64,000 nucleotides of DNA from Oculina patagonica (Eukaryota), in assembly GCF_052425735.1 (NCBI RefSeq), contig NC_135763.1:15128001-15192000 (forward strand). The letters run 5' to 3'. Both the position numbers and the translations under genes were made by a program. The notes under the pieces were generated by a model. That model worked only from the letters and a program-made list of their open reading frames with translations, made no database searches and was not told the origin of the DNA. How positions within the stretch are numbered: the stretch's first letter is position 1; every line of letters starts with the position of its first letter. Positions 37,557 to 55,072 of the stretch are shown here, piece by piece.

Positions 37557-40500
37557 TCATTTCTTCATTGATTTCCTTATTAATGCCAACCTCTGCAAGA
37601 AAAAAACAAATAAAGAACAGTCTTGTGGAGGAAGTTGCTTTTCTGAAGAAGTGAACAAACACCTTTTGCCAAGTCGCTCTTGCACTGACCTGTTTATGAG
37701 CCTCTGTTGTCGCCTGTTTCTTAAATGGTCGAAGTTCATCACTACCAAATCCTGGAATCCACATGTTCCAACACCTTTCTAAAATGTAAACAACAGTGCA
37801 CACATAAAAAAAATGTAAATTTATAGGCATGATTCTAGAACACCCGGTCACTTTTCTGAAGAACTTATGCGACTACCACCGCGGTCGACGGTGTCCGTAG
37901 TAAAAAAACATGCAAATCAAACAATTATTGATTTTTGCAACTACCACCATGGTACATGGTATATGTCACAAGTCACGCCATTGTGATTCGTGTCAAGTTC
38001 CGCAGAACTTAAGCGACTGCCGCCGCGGTCCACATTCTGCAACTATCACCATGGTAGCCTCCCATAGGAAAAGCGATGAGGATGATTGTCTGAAAATTTG
38101 AATTAAAGGAAAAGGTAGAGCAGTTTTCAATTGAGTGTCGTAAAACCAAAACCAAAGTAATTACTCTGGCCAATCACAAAGGACACAGACAATCCAGCGA
38201 ACCAATCAAAACTCGAAGCAAATACATGTAGCTGGCACGAAGCGCCGGAAAACGTGCGCGAGCGAGTCACGATTGGTTTTGGTTTTACTCCTGATTGGTT
38301 GAAAAAGTGGCGCGAGATTTTTAAGCCAATCACTAAGCGTAGTAATGCAAACCAAAGCAAACGCAATTTACTTTCGACACTCAAGTGAAAACCGCTCTAT
38401 CACGAGGATTTTGATTGTTTTTGATCGAAACTGTGGTGTAACTACCTCTACTAGTTTAGAGAAATATCCTAGAACACCAAGAGGAAGATATCAACCGAAG
38501 TATTAAAAAAAAACAAAAAACAAATCATGATCGTTCATGGCGTATTTTTTTTTAAAAAAAAGTGCGAGAATGACTTGGCGAGAACTTGAACACTTCCGCC
38601 GGAATTTTTCAAGTTGTAATTCATTTTAACCCTTTCCACCCATGGGCAGAGACATTCGTCGGCAAGTTTTAGTACACTAGGTGGTAATTTATAACGAACC
38701 TGGACTATTACTTAAAGTTTCCGTTAACACTGAAATGTATTTTTAGATTTTGAAGTTACACAGATACCCGTGAATTAAACCCCTAAATGAGACCAATCTC
38801 GGCGTGGTTCAAGCCTTTCTTGAGCCCTAAAAGACATCATTTTTTCATGGCCGATCAGTCCAAGACACTAACACAGTACGATGTGCAACCCTAAACAAGA
38901 CCTTGACAGCTAAAGATATTGGCATCTTGTCCTGCACACCATAAATGAGACCAAAATCCATAATTTACACTCTAAATGAAATCGAAAGCACCCCAATTCC
39001 CTTTCATTAGGGAGTCCTCCCCCGGGGGGTACTCCGGCTTGTAAATGACGGGGATGATCGAATGGAGGCAAAACTCAGGACCCCCAAAAATCCCTAAGTC
39101 TTCCGACATTACCCCAAAAAATCCCTGGACCAAAAATAACCCCCCAAAAAATCGGCCCTTGTCAAATTACCCCGAACTTGCCAGGAGTGGGCTATAACAT
39201 AACACAAAGAATTCGCTTCGGTTTTGATTGGTTCACTGGATTATCATTCCATAAATAGGCCAAGGCCGCGTAAGGCACTTTAGTCCGTTTTTAATACTCC
39301 AAATTGAAATCCCCTATCAAAATGAAGTCACTCAAAAATCTTGCCAAATTTTTCAACCCAAAAAAATCCTGGAATCGAAAATTTCAAACTCCAAAAAAAT
39401 CTTTCCATCATCCCCGGAGTACCCCCCCCCCTGGGGTCCTCCCCCACCCCACAGGCATCAGTCAAAATTATGAACAAAATATTGATGTCAATGAAATACA
39501 AACCCAGATGCAGCTGTACATCTCGCACTTCCAGTGTGTTTGATTTTCGATGCTTGGCAATCTGACAGGAAGCTGTTACCACACTCTCAATGAAGTCATC
39601 TGCAATCTGCAGCAACATCTACAACAAGGACAACAAACAGTTGAATACCGAGAATCCGGCCCGGGCAACAACCGAAGGGTGGGGGGCAAAGCAGAGGGGC
39701 AACGGGAGGGCAGGCGGAAGGAAAACGCCAAACGAGCCCGGGAGGGAGACGAGAAAAACGCACAAAAAGCAACAAGCCCGCAGACGCACGGAGAGGGGGG
39801 CACCGGGGGGGGGGGGGGCAAACCGGAGATGCCAGGGAGGGCCCCGGGGGGCAGCGGGGGGGCAAACCGGAGGCAACTGATCGTTTTAGAAAAGTGGCCA
39901 AACGTTACTCCATAGATAGCTGTAAATTATCTTAAGCAATTTCTTTTTGAGAGGGAAGGGGCTTTATCTTTGTGTGTCTTTGTGTGAGCCTGTCTGCAGT
40001 CTAAACAAGACACCACACCACATGAGGATCTTTTGACTACATTTAAGTGGTACAGCAACATCTCACAATCTTCTGGCCCACTGCAGTGCCACTACATTAA
40101 CCATTTTATAAGGCATGGTAAGAAAAAAAGTGAGAAGAGGACGACATCTCTCTGTACATCTCCTTGGCTCTTGTTCTTATCACCATCCCACTTTACCACC
40201 CCTGGTCCTAGAAGATCATCTTGAAACTCACATCCTCAACATCATCATCCATCTGTTCACGAGGGTCAATCTCATGAAGTAAGTCTTGCAGTCGTCTTTT
40301 TGTCAGAACCTGGTTTGACGACGGGCTGCTAGTGTCTCCTCTCAATGCTGAACCTAGAAATTATCAAAGATTGCTATGTAAATACAATTTTATTTATATT
40401 TTGTTACAGTGTGTACCAGTAAATTCTAACTGATATCTACGTTTTCACTTGCTTTGAGTTTTGGTTTTTTGTTGATTTCTACCCTTTTCCAGGGTCCTAA

Positions 40501-43500
40501 AAATTTGGCGCCAATTCTCTTAGTCTACCAGAATAAAACAAAACAATGTTCTCCTTTCCGCGTGGGTTTTCGAGTTTTCACTGGTTCAGTAGCTTCTCTG
40601 GTCTTTTGTGATTGGCAGAGTAAAGCAGTTTTAAATGAGTGTTAAAAATGATTAAATTTCTGGCAATCACAAAGGAGTCTGACAATTGGCCAGTGAACCA
40701 TTCAAAGCTGAAATGCAAACTTATTGCGCGGGATAACGTGCGGTGGCCTACCCCATAAGCCTTGTGGTTTCTTGGAGGTCTCCTTGGTGAGAAAGTGGGT
40801 AATTTTTAACGCCTTATCTTTTTAAGTTAATTAATTACTTTGGTTTGTTTAATTCTGAAGTGGCAATATAAATGATATATGCACACTATTACTGGCCGAT
40901 CATATGTGTTTGAGGAAGCCTGCTCCAGGCATTCAGTTAGTTGGGGAGCAGCACAAAAAACTGTGAGTGAAATATAAGAGGAGGGGTCCTCTGTTTCCCT
41001 AAGCCCTTCACTTTTTTTTCCACTTGCTGTTCTTCTCCCTTATCCAGTATTTCACACTGCTGAGTTATTAGGAGCTAAGCCATGAGTACATTTACAGGTA
41101 ACGGTAGCTGTATAATCAAACTCAGCATCCTAAACTTCCAAACAACAGAATTAACAAAAACCAGTTGTAGCTGAAGCAGTATAGTCCTCACAGTTGCACT
41201 ACCCCCGCCTAGATTAGTTGTCTTTACTAGTAGCTGGGGAAAGCAACTTTGTAACCATATTCATAAAAAACAAATGAAGTTCAGTTCAGTTCATTTAACT
41301 GAAAAAACTTCTCCTATGCTTACCAGCAGCCTGAGTTGAATTGTGGATTCCTTTAGACACAGCAGCTGCTACAGGTGCAGGTGCAATGTTGGCAACAACA
41401 TGTCCTCCTGTTGGCACGGCGGCAGATACCGTCCCAGATGGAGCCAGCGTGATTGGCATGTTAACTGGTGATTTGTTGGGAACCAATGGCCTCTGAACAG
41501 TTAAAGTCTGAGTGACACCTTGAGTTACTACAAGATAAATAAAATTAGTATATACTAAAACAGTGGATAGCATTGTTGGCACACGCTGATTGGCTATCCA
41601 AACATGCGATATCTTTTGCTATTCACCTCCAAGCAACTCGTGTGTGAAAACTGTAATCGTTGACAGTGCTGAAATAAATAGGTTAAAGTGATTCTTTTTG
41701 GGTTATATTATCTTACTGTGTTAGTGTTGGTGGCTAGTGGTTGATATTTACCTCGCTGCTTCACACCTCAATAAATATCCACCACTAGCCACCTCTACTT
41801 CAGTGAATAGTTGTTAAATACACAGAATTGCATCAAATTTAATACAAAATCGAGTTTACATATCTAATAAAACACTGTATTATGTAAAACACACCTTGCA
41901 TTGGTCTGTCTGTGGTAGTTACCACAGGTTTGATTCCAGTTGCTGGGCGTGCTGGTGCAACACTTCTCACTGCTATCTGCTGACCGGCTGCAACAGTCTG
42001 TATGGGTGTCTGGGTGACTTGAAGATGGGTTGCTTGGGGTGATGTCACAGTCCTGAGCTGGGCTGCATTTCAATATATAATTGCAGTTAACATTTGATTT
42101 ACACATACCTCTTATTAACCATGTGCAAGGTTTGTACAAAACGTTTTGGCATGTCATTCCCTTTTTATGGCCCACATATGAAGCATGCGGGCCACAAAAA
42201 AGTAAAAATAAAAGAAAAAAAAATGCAAAACAAGGATTGTCTAAATAAATGCAAGGCAGGATGAATGCCATTCCTCCTGAGACTTTTTTGTAATTTTGAA
42301 AAGGGGATTGGCTCTATGATGCTTTTTTAAAGCTTTTAGTAGTTGCTCATTCATCCTTTGCAGAAATTCTGATATGTAAACTGTGCCCATAATTGTTAGA
42401 TGACACCATGGTAAAATCAGAATTACATGCAGGTCTGGTCAAAAAATCATCATTTTTGACATATTTCTTTATTGTTCCAGTCATTTAGAACAAATTGTAC
42501 AATTTGTTTAATTTTGCATTCCATAAGCATCTTGGCTTGATTTTGTATCATTTTCCATTGTTTCCTGACTTTCTAAGAAAACAGTGAAATCCAAGATGGC
42601 AGATCCAAGATGGTGGCTCACATGACATGACAAAAATTATGCCACCTTGTGGAGTAAGCACGACTTTAAGGAGGGGGGTCCATCTAACCCCTCCTTGTAC
42701 CACGGTGGGGTTATGGATTTGCATGTATGTCAGAGGATTAATTACTACTAGGTTAGAAATAATTGATTGCCTTACTCCCTTCTACAGGCCTCTGTAACTG
42801 TTGTATATTTCCAGCTGGGTTTATCACCACATTGCGAGTCTGTACTTGCTGTAAAGTGGTTTGCGGAAGGATGGTCTTTGTGGTTAAAGATGGCTGAGCA
42901 ACAGGGACCCCACCAGTGACTGTGCTTACAGGACGAACAGTGGTCTGTTGGGTTGGTAATGCTGTGGTAGCTGGAGCAATCTTTGCCATCTGTAGGGTGC
43001 CTGGAGTAGTGACGTGGGCAGGAACCAAGACCTGTGTGACGGGTGTCATAACAGTCGTCGTTCTCACCACAGCTATCTTACCTTCCTGGAGTGCCTTGGA
43101 AAGAAAAGGCAAATAAAAAAATATTTAGAAAATGGCTCTATATATTTTGACAACACTGGCACAGCTTCTAACAGACATAATTGCTTCTTTTCACACTTTG
43201 TAAATTAAAACTATCATGACTTAAAGGGTCTGTCACAGCTGAGTTTACTTGTAGTCTACTTTATTAAGTTTTGCCAAAGTCGAAAAAAAGAAATTTCTTC
43301 TATGGATCTACATGTAAATGACAAAACCGTAACCTCATCGCAAATAAAATGTGTCTCTCGGGTGTTGTAAAGGAGACTAAAAAAAAACATATACAGTCCC
43401 GGGACCGCAGGAGTCCCCGGCGAAAGGTGACGGAGACCGTACTGACTCTCGCTATGGACACAACGACGCCCCGAGCGGTCCGCTTTAACGAGAGTGACTG

Positions 43501-46155
43501 TAAAGGCCCATTTCAGTATTCTTCAATTCTTGTCCATCTGCACCTGATACATGAAAATTTTCTATACACATTGACTTGATTTACATTTAGATTTTGTCAT
43601 TTATACTATACATGTATGTAAATACAGTTGACTGAAGAATCATTATTGGGAAAAGTATAAACCACAAACAGTAAAACCTTTAGGAATACCGGTAATATGG
43701 AGACCTGAATTTGTGTGTGTATATAATAACAATATTAGTTCCAAACTATTACTGATTACAGGTAATACTGATTTGTTCAATGTTTTAATGCATGTACATG
43801 GTCTCTAAGAATGCAACTTCCGTATTTACTCGAATAGAGCAGTTTTCACTTGAGTGTCGAAAGAAAATTGCGTTTGCTTTGGTTTTGCATTACCACGCTT
43901 AGTGATTGGCTTAAAAACTATGGCGCCACTTTCCCAACCAATCACAACTGAAACCAAAACCAATGGTGACCTGCTCGCGCACGTTTTCCCACGCTTCATG
44001 CCAGCTACATGTATTTGCTTTGAGTTTTGATTGGTTCACTGGATTGTCTGTGTCCTTTGTGATTGGCCAGAGTAATTACTTTGGTTTTGGTTTTACGACA
44101 CTCAATTGAAAACTGCTCTAAGTGCCACCTCCGAATAAGCGCCGCCCTCGAATAAGCGCCCCATTTAGGACAAAAAAGTTAATAAGTGCTGCAGTACCGA
44201 TGCGCTGCTCATTCAAGGGATTCCGTTTTACTAAAAAGAGCTTTACAAAGCAACTTTTAAACGAACTTGGGACATTTCTTTTTCATCAAAAGCGATGGTT
44301 TGCAGTTCAAAGTGGTTGTTTTACTGCTCTCCCATTAGTTCTTCTATCCAGCATTCTTACAATACGTAGTTCTGTAAATTTTGTGAAGACCGCAAACATT
44401 GCCAGGACAGCTAGCGCCACTTCTCTCTTCAGTAAGAGACGAATACTGGCAATCAAAACACGTTATTTTCAATTACTATTAAAGCTTAGACTTTAGATTC
44501 TTTGTGGCGTCCAAATTTTAAATAAGGGCCACCCTCGAATAAGCGCAAAAAATTTAATAGGCGCCGCAGCGCTTATTCAAGTAAATACAAAAAGTCCATA
44601 CTTCACACTCAGGTTTCCCAGAAAACCACAGGGTCATATTGATTGCGGTTCAGGCATTTTTCTTGACAACATTTTTTCAAACAGGTGTATGTGGTACCCC
44701 ATAAACACCATTTTACTCACCTTCTCGTAGTCTGATTTAAATTTGTGGTAAATAAGTTTTAGTCTTTCAATTTCTTTAGCTTGATCCGCTGTGTAAGGAC
44801 CTGGCCCAAAAGACTAAAGAGAAAAATCAACTGAATAAATACAAGTCCTTGGAGGCCTGGTGGCCTAATGGTTAGCCAGCTGGACTCTGGATTGAGCAAT
44901 CTGGGTTCGAGCCCTGACTGGTGTCACTGTGTTGTGATTATACCAGTAATTGACACTAATCAAAGTTTTTATGGATGATCGATTAATAATTTATGATAAT
45001 CCACACAAAGTCAGGCAAATCTATATCTACACGAACTTTTCCTGATTACCTGGGAGACTCCCGGATACAGACCAAATCTCCTGGTCTCCCGTATACAAAA
45101 AGCTGAAGGGTGCTTAAAATAGTTTTCAAGCTTACTTTTGCCTTTATGTTGGTGGATTTTGTGAATGAATCGGCCAAGCCCTAGCTTTTAGTCTAGGAGG
45201 TTGAGTTAAGGGGTATCGTGGCAAGAAATGTTCAGTCTCCCAGATTTTGATGTTTTCCTTTGTGGTGAGAGGGCACTTAAATTGAACAAGTATTAAATTT
45301 GACCAAGATAAATTTTAGCGAGTACTAAATTTAGCGATTTTTACCCAACTCGCTAAAATCGCTAAAATTATTAGCCGCTTTAGAACAATAGTAATCTTAA
45401 GGTACTCATCATATACCAATAGTAATAAGATTAATTAATAACAATTATTTTATTAATTCACATTCATTTGATTTTCATCACCTAACTACTTCAGGGTATA
45501 AAGTATATAAGTTTAACTTCTTTTTTCAGAAAATATTTTGGGTATTTTGGGGGATGTTGTCAGGGTATATTGCGAATACACATGTACTGGTATACCAATA
45601 CCCCCTTCCATGGCTGACATGTTTTCTATACCAAGTGACCCAAATGTTCAAATGGTTTAGAGGACTCCTTGGGCTAGGAAGAGTGGCAAATGCCCAAGGG
45701 ATATCTGATATGTGTTCAGCGGTGGAGAAGGGGGAAAAATGTTGACGCCAACTGATCCCCGCATTGTACTGATGACTTTTTACATGAACAAGAAAAATGG
45801 TTACGCCTAAGCTTAATGGCACATTTGCTACGTTAAACTGAAAGATGGGTAGTTGTTCCATCAATAAAACATTACGTGTTTCAATTGTAAGAAGCTACGC
45901 GAAGTGACGCTAGTAAATAGCTTATTATTAAGATCTAAAAGAATGATAAAAAAGATTCGAACCTGGATCCTCTTTTGTAAATCTTGTAACATCTCGACCA
46001 TACTTTTCTGCTGTACAATCTTCGTCGAGGAGTTACCAGGAGAAGCTGTTGTGACTGTTGGTAATGACTAACGATAGAAAACAACACCACAAGAGTTAAA
46101 AACTGAAAAACAGTCGTGAAAATAAGCTCACTCAAAAGTTACGACTTACCGCCAT
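37557..46155 (-). CDS. TAF12: TFIID/SAGA subunit TAF12, 383 aa; exons 46155-46150, 44813-44721, 43094-42776, 42062-41895, 41527-41324, 40353-40232, 39618-39504, 37778-37690, 37592-37557
   Basis: Histone fold VLTKRRLQDLLHEIDPREQMDDDVEDMLLQIADDFIESVVTASCQIAKHRKSNTLEVRDVQLHLERCWNMWIPGFG...TEAHKQRLALIRK. All junctions GT-AG and phase-consistent (1152 nt). Confidence 0.9.
38118..38397 (-). mobile_element. TA-targeting MITE family, copy 2
   Basis: Inverted copy of 16436-16716 with TA flanks. Confidence 0.85.
43820..44588. mobile_element. Tc1/mariner-type MITE with MITE family copy 3 (43837-44118) nested in its left TIR
   Basis: CCGTATTTACTCGAATA[insert]AGTGCC ... GCGCTTATTCAAGTAAATAC; the insert duplicates the TA. 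Confidence 0.8.
44852..44938 (+). mobile_element. tRNA-derived SINE head fragment
   Basis: A box TGGCCTAATGG, B box GGTTCGAGCCC, followed by SINE body rather than a tRNA acceptor stem. Confidence 0.7.
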
Positions 46156-46279
46156 GATGGCTGTTGGTTACCAAGCTCAAACGACGCGCGGCTACCAAGG
46201 CATAGCAGCCATGTTTTATAGCGGTTGATTTGTTTTTCCGCCAGTTGTTCTCGACAATTTCAAGCAATAATTGGCAACG
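46156..46279. promoter_or_regulatory. Compact bidirectional promoter between TAF12 and TRAPPC3
   Basis: Divergent start codons 124 bp apart. Confidence 0.75.
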
Positions 46280-50182
<3,903 letters not shown>

Positions 50183-51782
50183 ACATCTAATATATTATAA
50201 TGTACAGTGAACATTTTAATCAATATATAGATTGTAGTGTCAATAGACTCCTTTTGGGCCATTATTTGAATAGTCACGCAACAATTCTTTTATCGTGCGA
50301 TGACCTTGTAACACAATGCTGCATCTCCACAAGTATGGCGTGACAGTTTGAAGAACCATTTTGACAGAAGACTACAACATTATGAGTACAGCATTTTTAT
50401 GAAACAAATTCAGCTACAGTAAAATTTAAATTTGAGTAACGTTTCTTCAAGGAAAGCAAGGGAAAGGAAGATAAAATACCGGTGTTCTTAGTCTTTGTGT
50501 AGAATGATCAACTCAGGTTTTGTTTAATTATGAACTAGAATTTTCATATTTCATTTTACAACGTGAAGAGAGATTAGTAATGATTTCACATACGGCACAC
50601 TTTTGAAAATAATGAACCTCGTTACTTTTAAAACTACGGTAACCATAAAAGCTCTCTTTAAGTCCCTGAGGGTATATTTTCTTTTTTAAAACCTTTTGAA
50701 GGGAGGTTATTAGAGACGGGGGACTTAATTCAAATCAAATGTCAGTTAGGGAACATATGAAAGAAATAAAAAGGATTTTCGCTGTTTCTTTACAAACTTT
50801 CACGCAAAAGTAACAAAAAAAGGAAATGTGTTGATGGATAAGTATAAAGCTAAAATTATCTTGTTTTCTTGTTTAGGGGGAGAGGGGTATTAAAAAATAA
50901 ACTTCCAGAGGCGGGCTTATTTGAGCTTTAATCACAAGATGTACTCAGCAGAGAGTGTTCTGGAACATCTCTGATAAACACGATTTAATTAACTCTTCAG
51001 TCTATTGATGGTGTATATAAAAATATCAAATTTAATGCTTCTAGAAAACGTTTCATTGCAGTGCGTTAATAGTTTATTGCAGTAAGAAGTCTCTTTACGG
51101 TGAAAAACAGGAAACAGTTTGTACATCGTCGCCACTGCCTCACATGACTTGACTTGACACAAGAATGTTCTAAGACATAATTCTAAAATATTAGACACAA
51201 TAAGTAAAAAAACTCAGGAGCTTCTTGCTTTTAATTTAATCATACTTTAAGACGACCTTGAAGTGAAAAAAATGCAAAACTTTAGTAAATATGTGTAGTG
51301 TCACGCGTCGTTTGAAACAAAAAGAACTTTCTAGAACATCATTCATATAAATATGAAAATAAACAAGTAGAAAATTTCATCAAGTTTATTACATTTTCAG
51401 TAATTCTTTTGTGGTTTATTAAGATTAAAAACCGTCTAGAAACCTATCAAAGCTGCTATCAACCTAGCAGTAGCTAAAAATCTAGACTTATAGGCTGTAT
51501 AAGTGATATGGATGTTTCTGGACTTCTCAATCAACTTCTTCGTATAATTGTATCTTTTATGACCACAGTATTCTTTATGACCACAGCAAAACTCTGACAC
51601 ATTATTAAATGGATCGTAAAAATACGTTACATTGTCAAATAGCACGAGACATCAAGTGGAAATTTCTAGAAAATGATAACATTCTTACAAGACCATGAGT
51701 ATTGGACACTATAGTTAATTTAGCAGACGTGTATAAATGAATTAATGGCGGGAACTATCTTGGTGAATGTCCTAATATACGC

Positions 51783-53264
51783 TTACATCAGAAACCTCCG
51801 AAAATTGTTGATAGGAGAGGGGGGGGGGGCTACTCTAGAATTCTCTCTTCGCTGTTCATTCCTATTGTTTTCTAAATTGTGATCCCTTTTTGAAGATTCA
51901 TCTTTGACCCCTTCCTCACTCTTTTCAACAGCTGTGCATGAAACCTTCTGTTCCAATTGGGCAAGTGTTCTTTGCAATCGTTGTACTGCTGTTTTTCTCG
52001 CTAAGCGGATATTTTCGTCTTGATTTGTCTCAATACCATCCAACTCGATCAGGCAACAAGTGAGGATTTCTTCAAGGATCAGATATTCTTTAGTCTTGCT
52101 ATTGTCACTGAAATCATCGACTTTCTTCTCGAGTACTTCAGCTTTCTTGAGGATGCTTTGAATTATCAACAGCTTGTTCTTTAAGTTGCTTTCATTTTCT
52201 TCCGTAAATTCCTTTGGTAATAACGTACTTGCAGATTGCTCTCCGATTTCTATGACTACTTGACCTTGTTCAGTATTGCCTTCGCCTTCATTTATTTCTC
52301 CAGCAATATCGTCTTCACTGTTGTCCAAAATTTGTCCTTTATCAGTATTGTTACAGTAGTTGGTTCCATCAAAACTTAAAACAGTGTAAGGTTCGTCAAT
52401 TCTGAAAGTATCGCGGGTTTTTTGCTCGTTAACAACTTCTGAAACTGGCTTGGTAGTCTCCTCTTCATCTTGAAGGCTCGCTTTCTCGACTTCTTTGTTT
52501 TCTTTAATATCTTTATCCTCGCTTTCATTGGCTTCTTTTATTTCATCAATTTCAACCCGAAAGGGTACATCAAAAGACGTTTCCATTCTGTTTCGTCCCG
52601 AGAGGTTTTTTCCAATTTTCGGTTCTGAAAGATGGCTTTCCCGTGAACTTTTCTTCTCAATTTCATTCCCATCTTTCATTTCTTCAAATTCAACCTTAAC
52701 GGGTATGTCGAAGGATATTTCCTTTTTGTTTCGTTCCGAAGAGTTTCTTCCGATTTTCGGATCAGAATGCTGGGTTTCCCGAGAGCTTCCCTCACTGTAC
52801 GTATTTCGTCTTCCCAGTTTCACCGGACGCCTTAAATCCGATGTGTACTGATCTTCAAACACTTTCTCCAAATCTCCGATAAACGGATTTTCTGCGAAAA
52901 AATGCCTTCTTTGTTCTTTTCCATCGGGAACGTTGTGTTTACAAGGCCCCTGTTTGCAGAAGTGTTGCATTTTTGGATAACCAACAGGCGAGCTAGATTC
53001 CCAGAAGTTGTAATTTTGGTTGCTTTTTGTTCCATTTGTTCCTTGGCTCTGATATTCAGCCGCGGTTTGTTTCTGTTCTGGCTTTGAAACTTGTTCCACA
53101 TCAGCCCCGTTCGGGTCTGAAGTTTCCACAACCAATTTTAGTTTCGGTCCGCTCGGCAAACTCGAAGATCGAGTGAAAATGCGGGGTTTTCCCTGCTGGT
53201 CGCCCGTCGTTTGTCTTCTGTACTCGGGGTGAACATTGATAGGAATTTCTCTACTCATTGCCAT
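51783..53264 (-). CDS. BAG-domain Hsp70 co-chaperone (BAG3/starvin-like), intronless, 493 aa
   Basis: C-terminal BAG domain (TKEYLILEEILTCCLIELDGIET...IRLARKTAVQRLQ); IPV-like motifs EIPINV, DIPVKV, DVPFRV. Confidence 0.88.
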   Translation of the reverse strand: MAMSREIPINVHPEYRRQTTGDQQGKPRIFTRSSSLPSGPKLKLVVETSDPNGADVEQVSKPEQKQTAAEYQSQGTNGTKSNQNYNFWESSSPVGYPKMQHFCKQGPCKHNVPDGKEQRRHFFAENPFIGDLEKVFEDQYTSDLRRPVKLGRRNTYSEGSSRETQHSDPKIGRNSSERNKKEISFDIPVKVEFEEMKDGNEIEKKSSRESHLSEPKIGKNLSGRNRMETSFDVPFRVEIDEIKEANESEDKDIKENKEVEKASLQDEEETTKPVSEVVNEQKTRDTFRIDEPYTVLSFDGTNYCNNTDKGQILDNSEDDIAGEINEGEGNTEQGQVVIEIGEQSASTLLPKEFTEENESNLKNKLLIIQSILKKAEVLEKKVDDFSDNSKTKEYLILEEILTCCLIELDGIETNQDENIRLARKTAVQRLQRTLAQLEQKVSCTAVEKSEEGVKDESSKRDHNLENNRNEQRRENSRVAPPPSPINNFRRFLM

Positions 53265-53538
53265 TCTTGAGTTGTTAACTGAGTGACTAACAAGACCTTA
53301 GACGCGATTGAAAATTCGTGAAGATTACTTTCGAGATTACCACAAATCAAGAAGATATGGATCAAGATTGAGGTAAACAACATACTTGCGATATTAGCAT
53401 GGTTGACTCGATACTTGAACTTTGTCACGTAAACACAAGTTCACTTCGCGTTTAACAATTGCGTGACAGTCTCTACAATCATCCAGAAAAGTTTTAAAAG
53501 CGCAGTAAATGCTAGTTTTATGGTATTCATCTCCGCTG

Positions 53539-53675
53539 TTCTAGAATTTTCAAAATAAATCGTCTATCGGAAAACCGATTTTCTAAATTTACAATTTCCG
53601 TGTTTCGTGAAAGTCAAGAAACCCGTGATTATTTACTTCCCGTTGTTTCGACCAATGAATCGTTCTAGAATATTC
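53539..53675. promoter_or_regulatory. Two perfect heat-shock elements and a CCAAT box upstream of the BAG gene
   Basis: TTCtaGAAttTTC (53539-53551), CCAAT (53652), TTCtaGAAtaTTC (53663-53675). Confidence 0.8.
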
Positions 53676-54860
53676 GGCGAAATTTTTGCGGCATAAAGAT
53701 TACCGCGATTATGATTCGTCGCGTGAGTACGGCATTTAATATTGTCGACACCATCTACTGTGTCTTGATATTATCAAGGCCCGAGCATAAAATTAGATCA
53801 TAATTGGACAAACAGTAATATTGTGTAGACTTATATAAGTCGCTAGTTTTGAGTAAGACCTGAACTGCTGTTTTTCGCTTTCGTTTAATATGCTTTTGTG
53901 CGGTGTGGTACGGTACCTAGTACAAAATAAATATGGAAAGTAATATTGTACTGCGAACTTTCAGGCTTTTGTCCTTCAGACAGGTTTCGGGTTTCTTTTC
54001 GTTCAAGTTCATATATTGTAGTTCTACCGGCAATTTCCAAGTTTCCATTTGGTAATATAATGTTTTTGACCGTTATGTTAATTGTTCCAAACATAGACTT
54101 TTCGCGGTGCAATCAGCCCCACGTATCACGGCCTCCCCAGTCCCCACCCCCCCCCTCCCCACCTCACCCCAAGACCGAGGAGAACGTCTACGCATGTGCT
54201 GAGCACCGTCCATCCGGCACCAGCGAGGAGTGTGCACAGGGAGACACGGACGGGAGAGAAGAGAGCAAGCAGCGGAGAGGAGCCGACGCCCGACCACCCA
54301 CCAGGGGCGGAGCCCGCACACCGCAGACGCCGCGTCGCCCGAGGGACGCCCCGAGACCGCGCAGACGGGAGAGGGAGGGGGGAGCGGACGACGAGACGGA
54401 CGACAGCCGGACCCGCGCCGCGCAGGACGAGACCAGACACCGAGCACCGGACGGGCAGCACGGGCACCGGAACGCGCCACACAAGGGGGACCGGAGGCCC
54501 GAGACCCGCGCCAGGCCGGCGACGGGAGAACGCGACGGAACAAGCACGGAAACACGACAAGACCACCGCGCGGCCGCGGTGTCCCGCACCCCTACCCTTC
54601 TCCCTCACCCCAAGAGAGGCTCACCCCCAATCCAACTCCTGGCAAGACTAGGACTCTTCTCTTTATAGATTTTTATCTCGCATTCTTGGGAAGAAGATAG
54701 GCCAGAGTTGTATCATATTGCGTGTGTTCTGATACAAAGAATACAACAATAATATTAATTCACGGGATTTTTCATCGAGATATGCACATACCGTAAACTT
54801 AAACAAGGAAGCCGCGTGAAAACCGCGTTGAGCTGGGCGACACTCTTTCCAGTCTTCTCT

Positions 54861-54967
54861 ATTGGCGCGGACAAGATGGAGGACGCTAGAACTTTCTAGT
54901 AAATTGTCTTCAAGATGTTGTTTGCTGTTAACTTTCGTGTTTAACGTCACGGCTTTGTTGTAAATAA
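54861..54967 (+). promoter_or_regulatory. Putative DNAJB promoter (inverted CCAAT, imperfect HSE, TATA-like)
   Basis: ATTGG at 54861, GAActTTCtaGTA at 54889-54901, TAAATAA at ~54961. Confidence 0.55.
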
Positions 54968-55072
54968 CTCCGGGAAAAGGTCTGGACTTACCTGAAAAAT
55001 AAAAATTAATGTAGCTGATTCAAAAACAGGAAAAATCAAGCAAGAAGTTGCGTGGCAGTCAACAATGAAACA

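Noticed and set aside
39640-39900. GC-rich overlapping ORFs in a TAF12 intron
   Set aside because: Same artefact signature around a poly-G run.
44852-44938. tRNA gene (also 12455-12525)
   Set aside because: A and B boxes are present, but there is no acceptor stem and SINE body follows.
54110-54660. GC-rich island with ORFs in all six frames between BAG and DNAJB
   Set aside because: T-depleted low-complexity sequence starting at a C-run, with no recognisable protein; typical of read-quality collapse rather than a CpG island or foreign gene.
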